Source: Nevskiales bacterium
GTDB taxonomy: Bacteria > Pseudomonadota > Gammaproteobacteria > Nevskiales > JBOICV01
Assembly: GCA_050740255.1 (NCBI GenBank)
Contig: JBOICV010000164.1
Coordinates: 15,035-79,034 of the forward strand
Length of the DNA: 64,000 nt
Reading direction: 5' to 3'
Shown: positions 1 through 7,688 of the stretch, piece by piece
How the letters are laid out: each line of letters starts with the position of its first letter
How positions within the stretch are numbered: the stretch's first letter is position 1
Notes under the pieces: model-generated
What the model saw: the letters and a program-made list of their open reading frames with translations, nothing else
Databases searched by the model: none
Told to the model about the DNA's origin: nothing
Program-made: the position numbers and the translations under genes

Positions 1-150
1 TTGCCGACAAAAATGGCAGCCGGGCTGGCGCCGCAAATCGCGACGCGCATGTGCCAGATAACGAAACTGGCCGTGCCGCTACAAGCCGACTACGGCCTCG
101 GCGCGAACTGGGACGCGGCGCACGAAGGCGGCGGCTCCATCCGCATTTGA
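1..150 (+). CDS. polA: DNA polymerase I, C-terminal fragment (gene begins upstream of the window)
   Basis: Frame +1 is open from base 1 to TGA at 148-150. The tail ..LAVPLQADYGLGANWDAAHEGGGSIRI resembles the conserved PolA C-terminus (VPL..V..G.G.NW..AH). Its position next to engB/cc4/dsbA matches known polA-yihA synteny. Confidence 0.5.
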   Translation: MPTKMAAGLAPQIATRMCQITKLAVPLQADYGLGANWDAAHEGGGSIRI

Positions 151-244
151 GTTCAGGCGGGGCTGCATCTAGAACCCGACCGGCGCCGTACCTGTGCAAA
201 ATAACACGCTTGTCCGGGCGTGCTTCATACATCAAAGGTCTTGC

Positions 245-1093
245 ATGATCCGTCTGGTCATCCGGTTCAGCATCTTCGTCTTGCTCAGCGGCTGTGCCAC
301 CCACTCCGGCGCGCCCGAGGCAAAACCGCCCGCGGCCGTGCATACCGGCTACGAGCTGGAGCGCGATATTGTCTACTCGCCGGCTGGCTGGCCGGAAACG
401 CTGCTGGCGGATGTGTATCGGCCGAAAGCAAACGGCCTCCAGCCGGGCATTTTGCTGATTCACGGCGGCGGCTGGGAAGCGCCGGACCGGCGCGGACAAA
501 TGGACTCCATCGCGGAACGGCTGGCCGAACGCGGTTATGTCGTGATGAACGCCACTTACCGCTTCGCTCCGCAATATCTTTATCCCGCAGCGGTGGACGA
601 TTTGCGTGAGGCCCTGAAATGGCTGCGCCAGCACGCCGCGGAATACGGGATACGCACAGACCGGGTCGGCGTATTCGGCTACTCGGCTGGCGGGCATCTG
701 GCCGCCTTGCTGGCGGTGCAAAATCCGCGTTCGAGTCTGCGCGTGCAGGCCGCGGTGATCGGCGGCGCGCCGACTGACTTGCGCAAATATGCCGGCGGAA
801 AACTGGTGCCGCAGTTTCTCGGCGGAACCCAGACCGAGAAACCGGCACTGTATGGCAAGGCCTCGCCGATAACCTATGTCACGCCCGACGACCCGCCGGT
901 GTTCATCTATCACGGCGGCTCCGATACGCTGGTGTCGCCGGATCATGCGCAGGATTTCAAAGTCGCGCTGGATAAGGCTGGCATCAAGAACGAGCTTTAC
1001 ATTCTGCGCGGCCGCGGGCATGTCACGGCATTCCTCACCGACCGTGGTGCGGTCAGCGCGGCGCTGGAATTTCTGGACCGAAATTTGCGTTAG
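245..1093 (+). CDS. alpha/beta-hydrolase lipoprotein (carboxylesterase/lipase family)
   Basis: ORF 194..1093. ATG at 245 gives a signal peptide with lipobox (FVLLSGC). HGGGW oxyanion-hole motif and GYSAGG nucleophile elbow are present. Confidence 0.85.
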   Translation: MIRLVIRFSIFVLLSGCATHSGAPEAKPPAAVHTGYELERDIVYSPAGWPETLLADVYRPKANGLQPGILLIHGGGWEAPDRRGQMDSIAERLAERGYVVMNATYRFAPQYLYPAAVDDLREALKWLRQHAAEYGIRTDRVGVFGYSAGGHLAALLAVQNPRSSLRVQAAVIGGAPTDLRKYAGGKLVPQFLGGTQTEKPALYGKASPITYVTPDDPPVFIYHGGSDTLVSPDHAQDFKVALDKAGIKNELYILRGRGHVTAFLTDRGAVSAALEFLDRNLR

Positions 1094-1310
1094 TTTTCGT
1101 CAGGTTTTGAGCCGGGCCGCCCACGTCCACGGCGTGGAGTATTCCACCCGCTTTCGGACCACTTCATTAACCAATAAAAATCATGCGCTTACAGATTTTG
1201 CGAACTTTTTCGCAGCGCTAAAGTCTCAGTTTACGAGCGCAAGTGACGGCGCTTCCCGCCTCTCCTCCCTGGGCGGGCTCCTATTCCGGCGCACCCCGCC
1301 GGAGCTAGTT

Positions 1311-1348
1311 CCCTGGCAGGATACCCCTTCCTGCCAGGGATTTTTTTT
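1311..1348 (+). terminator. rho-independent terminator hairpin
   Basis: CCCTGGCAGG (1311-1320) pairs perfectly with CCTGCCAGGG (1330-1339) across a 9-nt loop, followed by A plus a T8 run (1341-1348). Confidence 0.65.
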
Positions 1349-1357
1349 GCCGCAAGT

Positions 1358-1795
1358 TCAGCGACCCATCCTCGGGACCATGATCGCCAGCAAACAAACG
1401 ATGCAGACAACTAAAAAGAATTCAAGGTGAATAAATTTGGAATACAACAACAGTAGGGAGTATCCACCTACGACAACTATCTCGGCTCGAGGAAGTCCCC
1501 ATAATAAATATGACAAGACAAACACCGCTATACAGCTTGCGATTGCTGCAATCCCGACATACAAATTTAGCTGCAGATCAAAAATCTCCTCACCCTTACT
1601 ATAAATCTCCTGTACCTCCTGTGATTTGATGTCCAAATCCCCGCCTCCCTTCTCAACCCTCAATTCGTCGATTTTGCGATTGACAAAAGTGCGCTCCATT
1701 TCGCCCGCGAGATCTAAAGGCAATGGGATCGTCACGAACACGATAAAAATAGCTTCCATTACATAGTAGATTGGTTTCCAGGGTCTTATTGTCAT
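1358..1795 (-). CDS. hypothetical small membrane protein in an AT-rich islet
   Basis: 145-codon ORF in a locally AT-rich stretch (hand count of 1501-1620: 47 G+C of 120), where long ORFs are unlikely by chance. It has hydrophobic N- and C-terminal segments flanking a charged central segment. No family recognised and no clear Shine-Dalgarno. Confidence 0.5.
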   Translation of the reverse strand: MTIRPWKPIYYVMEAIFIVFVTIPLPLDLAGEMERTFVNRKIDELRVEKGGGDLDIKSQEVQEIYSKGEEIFDLQLNLYVGIAAIASCIAVFVLSYLLWGLPRAEIVVVGGYSLLLLYSKFIHLEFFLVVCIVCLLAIMVPRMGR

Positions 1796-1848
1796 GGGGA
1801 AGGAAAGGGGGTGGAACGATTTATTCTCGCTGGTCCCAAGGTCCGGAA

Positions 1849-2463
1849 TTAACCCTCAATCTTGGTAATCCAAGCTTTTAGTTTGCCATCAAGCTCTGGC
1901 AGACCGGCTGATGGGGCGACGGAGAACAGTTGCACGCTCGCGTCCAGGTGAAGGTTCTTCAGTTCGCGCCGCACTGAATTCAAGACTTTCTCGCCAGCGC
2001 TGCGCGACAGTTTGTCGGCTTTGGTAAGCAGCACATGCGCCGGCCGTTCCAGCGCTTGCAGCCACGTCAATAATTGGCAATCGGTATCGGCCAATGGGTG
2101 ACGTGAGTCCATCAGGACCACGACGCCGCGCAAAGTTGCGCGCTCCTCTATATAAGTCTCGATCAACTCGCGCCAATGCTGGCGCATGTCCTTCGGCACT
2201 TTGGCATAACCGTAACCTGGCAAATCCACCAGACGCGCGCCGCCGTCGAGGTCGAAGAAATTGATGAGTTGGGTACGGCCGGGAGTCTTGCTGACGCGCG
2301 CGAGCTTGGCGTGGCCGGTGAGCAGATTGAGCGCGCTGGACTTGCCGGCATTGGAGCGCCCGGAGAAAGCGATTTCCGGCCCCGCTTCGGGCGGAAAATC
2401 GGCCGGAGTCTGGGCGCTTTTCAGGAACTGGCAGCGGGAGAAATCTATCTGCTTGTTTTCCAT
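1849..2463 (-). CDS. engB: ribosome-biogenesis GTPase YihA/EngB
   Basis: 204 aa. P-loop GRSNAGKSS, DLPGYGYA switch region and TKADK G4 motif. Confidence 0.9.
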   Translation of the reverse strand: MENKQIDFSRCQFLKSAQTPADFPPEAGPEIAFSGRSNAGKSSALNLLTGHAKLARVSKTPGRTQLINFFDLDGGARLVDLPGYGYAKVPKDMRQHWRELIETYIEERATLRGVVVLMDSRHPLADTDCQLLTWLQALERPAHVLLTKADKLSRSAGEKVLNSVRRELKNLHLDASVQLFSVAPSAGLPELDGKLKAWITKIEG

Positions 2464-2478
2464 TCCCCTCCCCTGAAT

Positions 2479-2499
2479 CCCCTCCCGCAGGGGGAGGGG
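2479..2499. repeat. G/C-rich REP-type hairpin (CCCCTCCC-GCAGG-GGGAGGGG)
   Basis: Perfect 8-bp inverted repeat in the engB/cc4 divergent intergenic region. Same family as the hairpins at 4226-4246 and about 48722-48763 (translate as ..PLP.GERG..). Confidence 0.7.
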
Positions 2500-2604
2500 A
2501 AAACCGGCGTCGCTTGGCGACCCCGCAGGGGCTTAGGTTACAATGCGGCGCAGCAGAAACCACGCGGCGGCTTGCTTAGACACGCGATTTCTCTGGGAGA
2601 AAAT

Positions 2605-3210
2605 ATGAAGCAAATCCTCTGGCTGGCCACGCTCGGCCTGTTTTCCGCGCAGGTCTGGGCGGCCGATGCAGCGCCGGTTGGCGATGCCCAAGCCGGGCAG
2701 GCCAAATCCGCCGCCTGCGCCGCCTGCCACGGACCCGGCGGCAACAGCCAGAGTGCGCTCTACCCAAAGCTGGCGGGCCAGTCGCCGGTTTACATCGTCA
2801 AGCAGCTCAACAAGTTCAAAAGCGGCGAGCGCAATAATCCAGTCATGATGCCGCAGGCGACGAATCTGTCCGAGCAGGATATGCAGGATATCGGCGCTTA
2901 CTACGCAGCGCAGAAACCGGGTTTTGGCGCGGCGAACGAGCAAGCCGCGCCTATCGGTCAGAAGCTATATCTGGGCGGCAATCCCGCTACTGGCGTACCG
3001 GCCTGTTCGGGCTGCCACGGCCCAGCCGGTGCCGGCAACGCGGCGGCCGGATATCCACAGATCGGCGGGCAGCATACCGATTACGTCGCCAATGCATTGC
3101 GCTCCTATAAGGACGGCACGCGCAAGGCACCGGCGATGAGCTATGTCGCCGCGAAGCTGACCGAGGAAGAGATCCAGGCCTTAGCCTCCTTCCTCGCCGG
3201 TTTGCACTAA
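2605..3210 (+). CDS. cc4: di-haem cytochrome c4
   Basis: ATG at 2605 within ORF 2176..3210 gives signal peptide MKQILWLATLGLFSAQVWA. Two CxxCH motifs (CAACH, CSGCH). Conserved position between engB and dsbA. Confidence 0.9.
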   Translation: MKQILWLATLGLFSAQVWAADAAPVGDAQAGQAKSAACAACHGPGGNSQSALYPKLAGQSPVYIVKQLNKFKSGERNNPVMMPQATNLSEQDMQDIGAYYAAQKPGFGAANEQAAPIGQKLYLGGNPATGVPACSGCHGPAGAGNAAAGYPQIGGQHTDYVANALRSYKDGTRKAPAMSYVAAKLTEEEIQALASFLAGLH

Positions 3211-3300
3211 TCGCACTGGGGCGCGCCAGGCGCACTTTTGTTGCACTTTCTTTTTGGGCCGCGGTCTTAGCAAGCCAGCATCACTTTTCAGGAAAATATC

Positions 3301-3975
3301 ATGTCCGGTCTGCTGTCGGGCCTGTCACGCGTACTGCAGGCTTTGTCGCTTTCGCTGTTCCTGTTGCCCATTGCGTGTTCGGCCGAACAGGCCCCGGCCA
3401 AGCCGGCGGACAGTTACAAGACCGGCGAACATTACATCGAGCTGACCGCCCCGGTACAGTCGGAGGCGCCGCCGGGACAGGTCGAGATTCTTGAATTCTT
3501 CCTCTACACCTGCCCGCACTGTTATCACTTCGAGCCCGTGATCGGACCGTGGTCGCAGAAACTGCCGGGCAACGTCGTGTTCAGGCGCGTGCCGGCGAAT
3601 TTCGGACCCAGCGCACCGTTATACGCGCGCGCGCACTACGCCGCCGAGTCCCTGGGTGTATTGGATAAAGTGCGGCCGGTCTTGTTCAAGGCCATTCATG
3701 ACGAGCGCCGCACGGTGGATAACGAAGCGGCGCTGGCAAAAGTATTTCAGGAAGCGGCGGGAATTGACGAGAAGACCTTCAAGGAGGCCTTCAGCAGCTT
3801 TGCGGTGGACAATCAAGTGCGCAAGTCCGACGCGCTGACCCGCGCCTACACCATTACCGGCGTGCCGGCGCTCGCGGTCGCCGGCAAGTACGTGATAAGT
3901 CCGCGCAATGGGGGCACTTTCGAGAACATGCTGAACATCGCCGATGCCCTGGCGACACGCGAAAAAGTTAATTGA
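3301..3975 (+). CDS. dsbA: thiol:disulfide interchange protein DsbA
   Basis: 224 aa with a signal peptide, the CPHC active site and a DsbA-like layout. Confidence 0.9.
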   Translation: MSGLLSGLSRVLQALSLSLFLLPIACSAEQAPAKPADSYKTGEHYIELTAPVQSEAPPGQVEILEFFLYTCPHCYHFEPVIGPWSQKLPGNVVFRRVPANFGPSAPLYARAHYAAESLGVLDKVRPVLFKAIHDERRTVDNEAALAKVFQEAAGIDEKTFKEAFSSFAVDNQVRKSDALTRAYTITGVPALAVAGKYVISPRNGGTFENMLNIADALATREKVN

Positions 3976-4040
3976 CGAGCCGCATAACGGCTCGTCATCC
4001 CGTGCAAGCCGTCCATAGACGGCGCGACACGGGATCCAGA
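3975..4040. repeat. 66-bp structured interspersed repeat, copy 1
   Basis: Identical base for base to 4135-4200. Contains nested hairpins ACGAGCCG/CGGCTCGT and ATCCCGTG/CACGGGAT enclosing GCCGTC/GACGGC. Starts on the last base of the dsbA stop codon. Confidence 0.95.
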
Positions 4041-4054
4041 GTTTTGCAAGCTGG

Positions 4055-4101
4055 ATTCCGGCGCATTCGACAGGCTCAGGACATGCTTCCGCCGGAATGA
4101 C
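4055..4101. repeat. REP/MITE-like element (ATTCCGGCG .. TTCGACAGGCTCAGGACA .. CGCCGGAATGAC)
   Basis: 9-bp inverted repeat ATTCCGGCG/CGCCGGAAT enclosing the TTCGACARGCTCAGGACA core. That core recurs at 6786-6805, 6857-6876 (opposite orientation) and 26590-26609. Confidence 0.85.
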
Positions 4102-4134
4102 AAAGGGTGGGTGCTCGACCCTCGGTTCGCGTAT

Positions 4135-4200
4135 ACGAGCCGCATAACGGCTCGTCATCCCGTGCAAGCCGTCCATAGACGGCGCGACACGGGATCCAGA
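4135..4200. repeat. 66-bp structured interspersed repeat, copy 2
   Basis: 100% identical to 3975-4040 and separated from it by 94 bp. Confidence 0.95.
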
Positions 4201-4225
4201 ATACCGAAAAGCGCCCTCACCCTAG

Positions 4226-4246
4226 CCCTCTCCCAGAGGGAGAGGG
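4226..4246. repeat. G/C-rich REP-type hairpin (CCCTCTCCC-AGA-GGGAGAGGG)
   Basis: Perfect 9-bp inverted repeat just downstream of the L,D-transpeptidase stop; may also act as a terminator stem. Confidence 0.7.
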
Positions 4247-4255
4247 GAAAAGAAG

Positions 4256-5437
4256 CTAGTCGAGCGCCTTATCCCCTTCGTAGATGATCTCCCAGCGGCC
4301 TTTTTTACCCTGCCGCCAGTACTGTTGTTTGTATTTCACCGCATTGAGATTGTTGCTTGAGTAGGCTTGGCGAAAGCTAGCCAGATAAAGCGGTTGTTTC
4401 TGCGGATAAGTGAACAGGCTTAAGTCCGTAAGCTTCACGCGGATTCTGGTTTTGGCGGCATTGACGCGTTTCTTGTGCGCGGTAAATTCCGCCAAATTCT
4501 GATCGTCAGTGCGAAAATCCCGCGCATAGTGGCTCAAGTATTTAACGGTTTTGCGCGACTCCCAATCCTTGCGCCACTGTTCGATTGCCTTGAGCAAGGC
4601 CGCTTCCTGTTTGCGCGCAGCCTTCGCATCAAGCCATTGCACCTGATCGGATAGCAGCACCGGCGCGCCGGCATCGGCTGCAAGTTCGATGCGTAATGCT
4701 TCCAGATCCTCGTTGGATACGGTGACGCAGCCACGGCTGGAACGCGGCGCCCTTGTATAGGTGTTCGGTGGCACGCCATGTATCCAGATACCGCCGCCGC
4801 TGCGATTTTGCGCGCGATCGAAGCGGTTGGGATAGGACAGCGGCAGCGCGCCGGCGCCGTAGAATTCGGTCAACTCGGCTGGCGGCAGAAATCCGGTGAC
4901 GCGATACAAACCAACCGGCGTCTTGCTGTCGCCTTGCTCGGTTTTGCCAAATCCGCTGACGCCGATACCGGCGTAGTAATGCTCGCGGATGTGCGGCCGA
5001 CCGTTTTTACCGCCTTCCAATAAATACAACCGGGCGCCGTTCAAATCCACCAGTGCTACGCGCATTTTCTCCGCGAGTCGGAGCACGGTACTGGGGATCG
5101 CATCGCTCGGCGGCGCGGTCTTGCGGTGCTGCCCGCGGAAACGCGCCTCTTCGATCAGGGCCTGCAGCCGCGCGTGTTGAGAGTCCACGGCGAGTGCCTG
5201 GGGCGCGCCGCTTTGCGCGCGCAGCAAGTCGCCATAAATCAACTGTGCCAGTTTGAAATTGGGCCGCTCGCGGGTGAGTCCGGCGAGTTCCTGCATCGCG
5301 GCGTCTGCACGGCCGGCCTGCAGTTCATCCAGCGCGCGCACCAGTCGCGATTCGGGATGATTATCCTGTTGCGCCGCGGCCAGCGCCGGCCAGATGCACG
5401 TAAGCGCGGCGTACAGGGCCGCGCAACGGAGTCTCAC
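4256..5437 (-). CDS. L,D-transpeptidase family protein (YkuD domain)
   Basis: ORF 4256..5668. I place the start at GTG 5437, which gives the signal-like N-terminus VRLRCAALYAALTCIWPALAAA and leaves 5 nt after the upstream gene's stop. Catalytic motif IWIHGVP...SRGCVTV. Confidence 0.8.
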   Translation of the reverse strand: MRLRCAALYAALTCIWPALAAAQQDNHPESRLVRALDELQAGRADAAMQELAGLTRERPNFKLAQLIYGDLLRAQSGAPQALAVDSQHARLQALIEEARFRGQHRKTAPPSDAIPSTVLRLAEKMRVALVDLNGARLYLLEGGKNGRPHIREHYYAGIGVSGFGKTEQGDSKTPVGLYRVTGFLPPAELTEFYGAGALPLSYPNRFDRAQNRSGGGIWIHGVPPNTYTRAPRSSRGCVTVSNEDLEALRIELAADAGAPVLLSDQVQWLDAKAARKQEAALLKAIEQWRKDWESRKTVKYLSHYARDFRTDDQNLAEFTAHKKRVNAAKTRIRVKLTDLSLFTYPQKQPLYLASFRQAYSSNNLNAVKYKQQYWRQGKKGRWEIIYEGDKALD

Positions 5438-5442
5438 GTGAG

Positions 5443-6684
5443 TCAGTTCTGCCGCTGGCCGACCTGCTCGCGCAAGATTTTCCAGCCAGCTCCTTCGCGC
5501 ACTAGTTCCAGCCGCTTCTCGACGGTGTCTTCCATGATTTCCGAAGAATAAAACTGTAGAAAGCGCGCCCGGGCCGTCGTATCCGTCAGTAGTTTGATCT
5601 GCATGTCGATCAGCTTTACTTCCACGCGTTTGGGCCGCGTGATGCGATCGCGACGCACTTTGGACCATTCAGCGCGGCTGACACCACCCTCCGGCTGGAA
5701 GTTAGTGGCATAGGCGGCAAGATAAGCGTCGGCATTCTGCGCTGACCAAGATTTCGCCCAACCCTGGACGGCTTCGGTCACCGCGCGTGCCTGCTGCTCG
5801 AGGCCGCTGGCCGCTGGCGTAACGGCAGGGGTCGGCTCAGTTTTCGCTTTTGCGATGGGTGTTGATGTTGCTGGCGTCGCCGGCGCCGTTGGCGCCGCAG
5901 CTGGGGCGGCGGGCGTAGATGGCGGCGTAGCGGCTGCAGTCGGTTTCGGCGCCGGTGAGGGTGTCACCTTCGCGTCTTTCGGCGACTCAAGCTTATTGGC
6001 GGCAAGCGCTGGTGGCGCCGGCGCGACTGACGAGGGAGTCTTGGGCGGCGGTGCGACAGTAGGCGGTTTCGCGGGTTCCGCAGCAGCAGCCGCTGGGGCG
6101 GGTTTCGGCTCCGGCCTCGGTGCTGTGGACACGGTCGGCGCAGGTGCTTCGAGCGGCGGGGGCGGCGCCAGTTGAGCGACCGCCGGCATTTGCATGGAAT
6201 CGAGCAGACTCAGGCGCGGCACCGGCGCCGCTCGCTTCTCGTCCCGCGCCAAGGCGCGGTTATAGGCCTGCGTCGCCATCGCCGAATAAATCTCGCCAAG
6301 ATTCCGGTGCGCGGTGGCGTAGCTCGGATGGGTTGCGAGTGCGGCCTCCAGCGCGGCGCGGGCTTTATCCAACTCGCCCTTTTGCGCGTACAGCACCGCG
6401 AGATTGTTATGCGGCTCGGGTGACTTTGGCAGCTCTTTGGCAAGCTGCTGAAATTCCGTGATGGCCTTGTCGGTCAAACCCAGCTGGGCGGCAGCGAAGG
6501 CGTAGTAAAAACGCAGCGCGGTATCGCGATTGCCTGCTTCGATCTCGGCTTCGGCTTCCTGCATCGCTTGCTGATACTTGCCGCTCGTGATCAGCCCCCG
6601 CAAATCGTCCAGATCGACGTTGGCGAAGGCGCTGGCCGAGAGAAAAAAACAAAGCGGAAACAGGCGGTTGAAGTGCAGGCGCAT
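5443..6684 (-). CDS. secreted TPR-repeat protein with long Pro/Ala-rich linker and an NTF2/Cds6-like C-terminal domain
   Basis: 413 aa. Signal peptide, TPR-like helices (residues about 30-150), about 150 aa of P/A/T low complexity, and a C-terminal ~110-aa domain similar by eye to the C-terminus of the adjacent L,D-transpeptidase. Confidence 0.8.
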   Translation of the reverse strand: MRLHFNRLFPLCFFLSASAFANVDLDDLRGLITSGKYQQAMQEAEAEIEAGNRDTALRFYYAFAAAQLGLTDKAITEFQQLAKELPKSPEPHNNLAVLYAQKGELDKARAALEAALATHPSYATAHRNLGEIYSAMATQAYNRALARDEKRAAPVPRLSLLDSMQMPAVAQLAPPPPLEAPAPTVSTAPRPEPKPAPAAAAAEPAKPPTVAPPPKTPSSVAPAPPALAANKLESPKDAKVTPSPAPKPTAAATPPSTPAAPAAAPTAPATPATSTPIAKAKTEPTPAVTPAASGLEQQARAVTEAVQGWAKSWSAQNADAYLAAYATNFQPEGGVSRAEWSKVRRDRITRPKRVEVKLIDMQIKLLTDTTARARFLQFYSSEIMEDTVEKRLELVREGAGWKILREQVGQRQN

Positions 6685-6785
6685 TGGCTGTCAGCAGGCG
6701 CGCGGCGGCCGCGCCTTTCGGGCACGCATCATAGCAAGAATGACTAACGCTGTAGGCGAATTCCGATCGCCCTGAGGTATCAAAG

Positions 6786-6876
6786 CCTGTCCTGAGCTTG
6801 TCGAATGGGGGCAACCGCTCCGCGCCCGTTCGTGCTTCGATACGCCGCAGGCGTACCCTGTCCTGAGCTTGTCGAA
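6786..6876. repeat. two copies of the CCTGTCCTGAGCTTGTCGAA core (REP/MITE family)
   Basis: Identical 20-mers at 6786-6805 and 6857-6876. They are the reverse complement of the TTCGACAAGCTCAGGACAGG core at 26590-26609. Confidence 0.9.
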
Positions 6877-6902
6877 GGATCAGTACGAACGGAGTGAATC
6901 AG

Positions 6903-7667
6903 TCATGCCAGATAGCCGCCGTCGGCGGTGATACAGCTCCCGGTCACATAACTGGCGGCATCCGACGCCAGGAACAAGATGGCGGGTGCGATCTCGTCTG
7001 GATGTGCCACCCGCTGCATCGGCACATTGGGCAAAAAGGTCTTGAGCATCTGGTCGTTCTTGACCAGGGCCGAGGCGAACTTGGTATCGGTGATGCCGGG
7101 CAATACCGCGTTCACGCGGATCTTGTGCGGCGCGCATTCTTTGGCGAAAGCCTGCGTCATGTTGATGATGGCGGCCTTGGTCACCGAATAAATCGCCTGG
7201 AACATGCCCGGGCTGACGCCGTTGATTGAGGCGGTGTTGACGATGCTGCCGCCGCCCTGCCTCTTCATAATCTGCCCGATTTTCTGCGACATGTAGAAAA
7301 AGCCGCGCACGTTCACATCTATGGTTTTTTCCATCGCATCGAGCGGCGTGTCGAGCACATGGCCGAAGTAAGGATTGGCGGCGGCATTGTTCACCAGGAT
7401 ATCCACTCGTCCGAACTGTTTCTCGACCTCGGCGGCGAAGGCGTCAATCGCCGTCACTTCACCAACGTGACAGACCAGCGCCGTCGCTTTGCCGCCTTCC
7501 TTCAGGATTGCTTCTGCGACCGCACCGCTGCCGTCCAGTTTGCGGCTGGAGCAGATCACATGTGCGCCGTAAGCGGCGAGCAGCCTGGCGGTGCTCTCGC
7601 CGATGCCGCGTGAGGCGCCGCTGACGATGGCAACTTTGCCGCTGAGGTTAAAGATGTCCTTTTTCAT
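6903..7667 (-). CDS. SDR-family oxidoreductase
   Basis: 254 aa. GASRGIG cofactor motif, NNAA, and the YSVTK catalytic Tyr/Lys. Confidence 0.9.
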   Translation of the reverse strand: MKKDIFNLSGKVAIVSGASRGIGESTARLLAAYGAHVICSSRKLDGSGAVAEAILKEGGKATALVCHVGEVTAIDAFAAEVEKQFGRVDILVNNAAANPYFGHVLDTPLDAMEKTIDVNVRGFFYMSQKIGQIMKRQGGGSIVNTASINGVSPGMFQAIYSVTKAAIINMTQAFAKECAPHKIRVNAVLPGITDTKFASALVKNDQMLKTFLPNVPMQRVAHPDEIAPAILFLASDAASYVTGSCITADGGYLA

Positions 7668-7688
7668 GGGTTGTCCTGAAGAATCGAA

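Noticed and set aside
2176-2604. 143-codon upstream extension of the cytochrome c4 ORF (ORF track 2176..3210).
   Set aside because: It is antisense to engB and crosses the REP hairpin. The signal peptide and RBS context support ATG 2605.
3975-4200. Two identical 66-bp direct repeats with a 94-bp spacer, considered as a minimal CRISPR array.
   Set aside because: There are only two copies. The repeat is longer than CRISPR repeats and heavily self-structured. The spacer is itself a member of another dispersed repeat family, and no cas genes are present.
5438-5668. 77-codon N-terminal extension of the L,D-transpeptidase ORF (ORF track 4256..5668).
   Set aside because: It overlaps the 3' end of the upstream TPR gene in another frame and encodes Arg/His/Gly-rich filler. 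The GTG at 5437 gives a proper signal sequence.
5855-6175. Gly/Ala-rich 106-aa plus-strand ORF, together with other small ORFs across 5850-6460.
   Set aside because: It is the antisense image of the Pro/Ala-rich linker of the TPR protein, so it is a low-complexity artefact.
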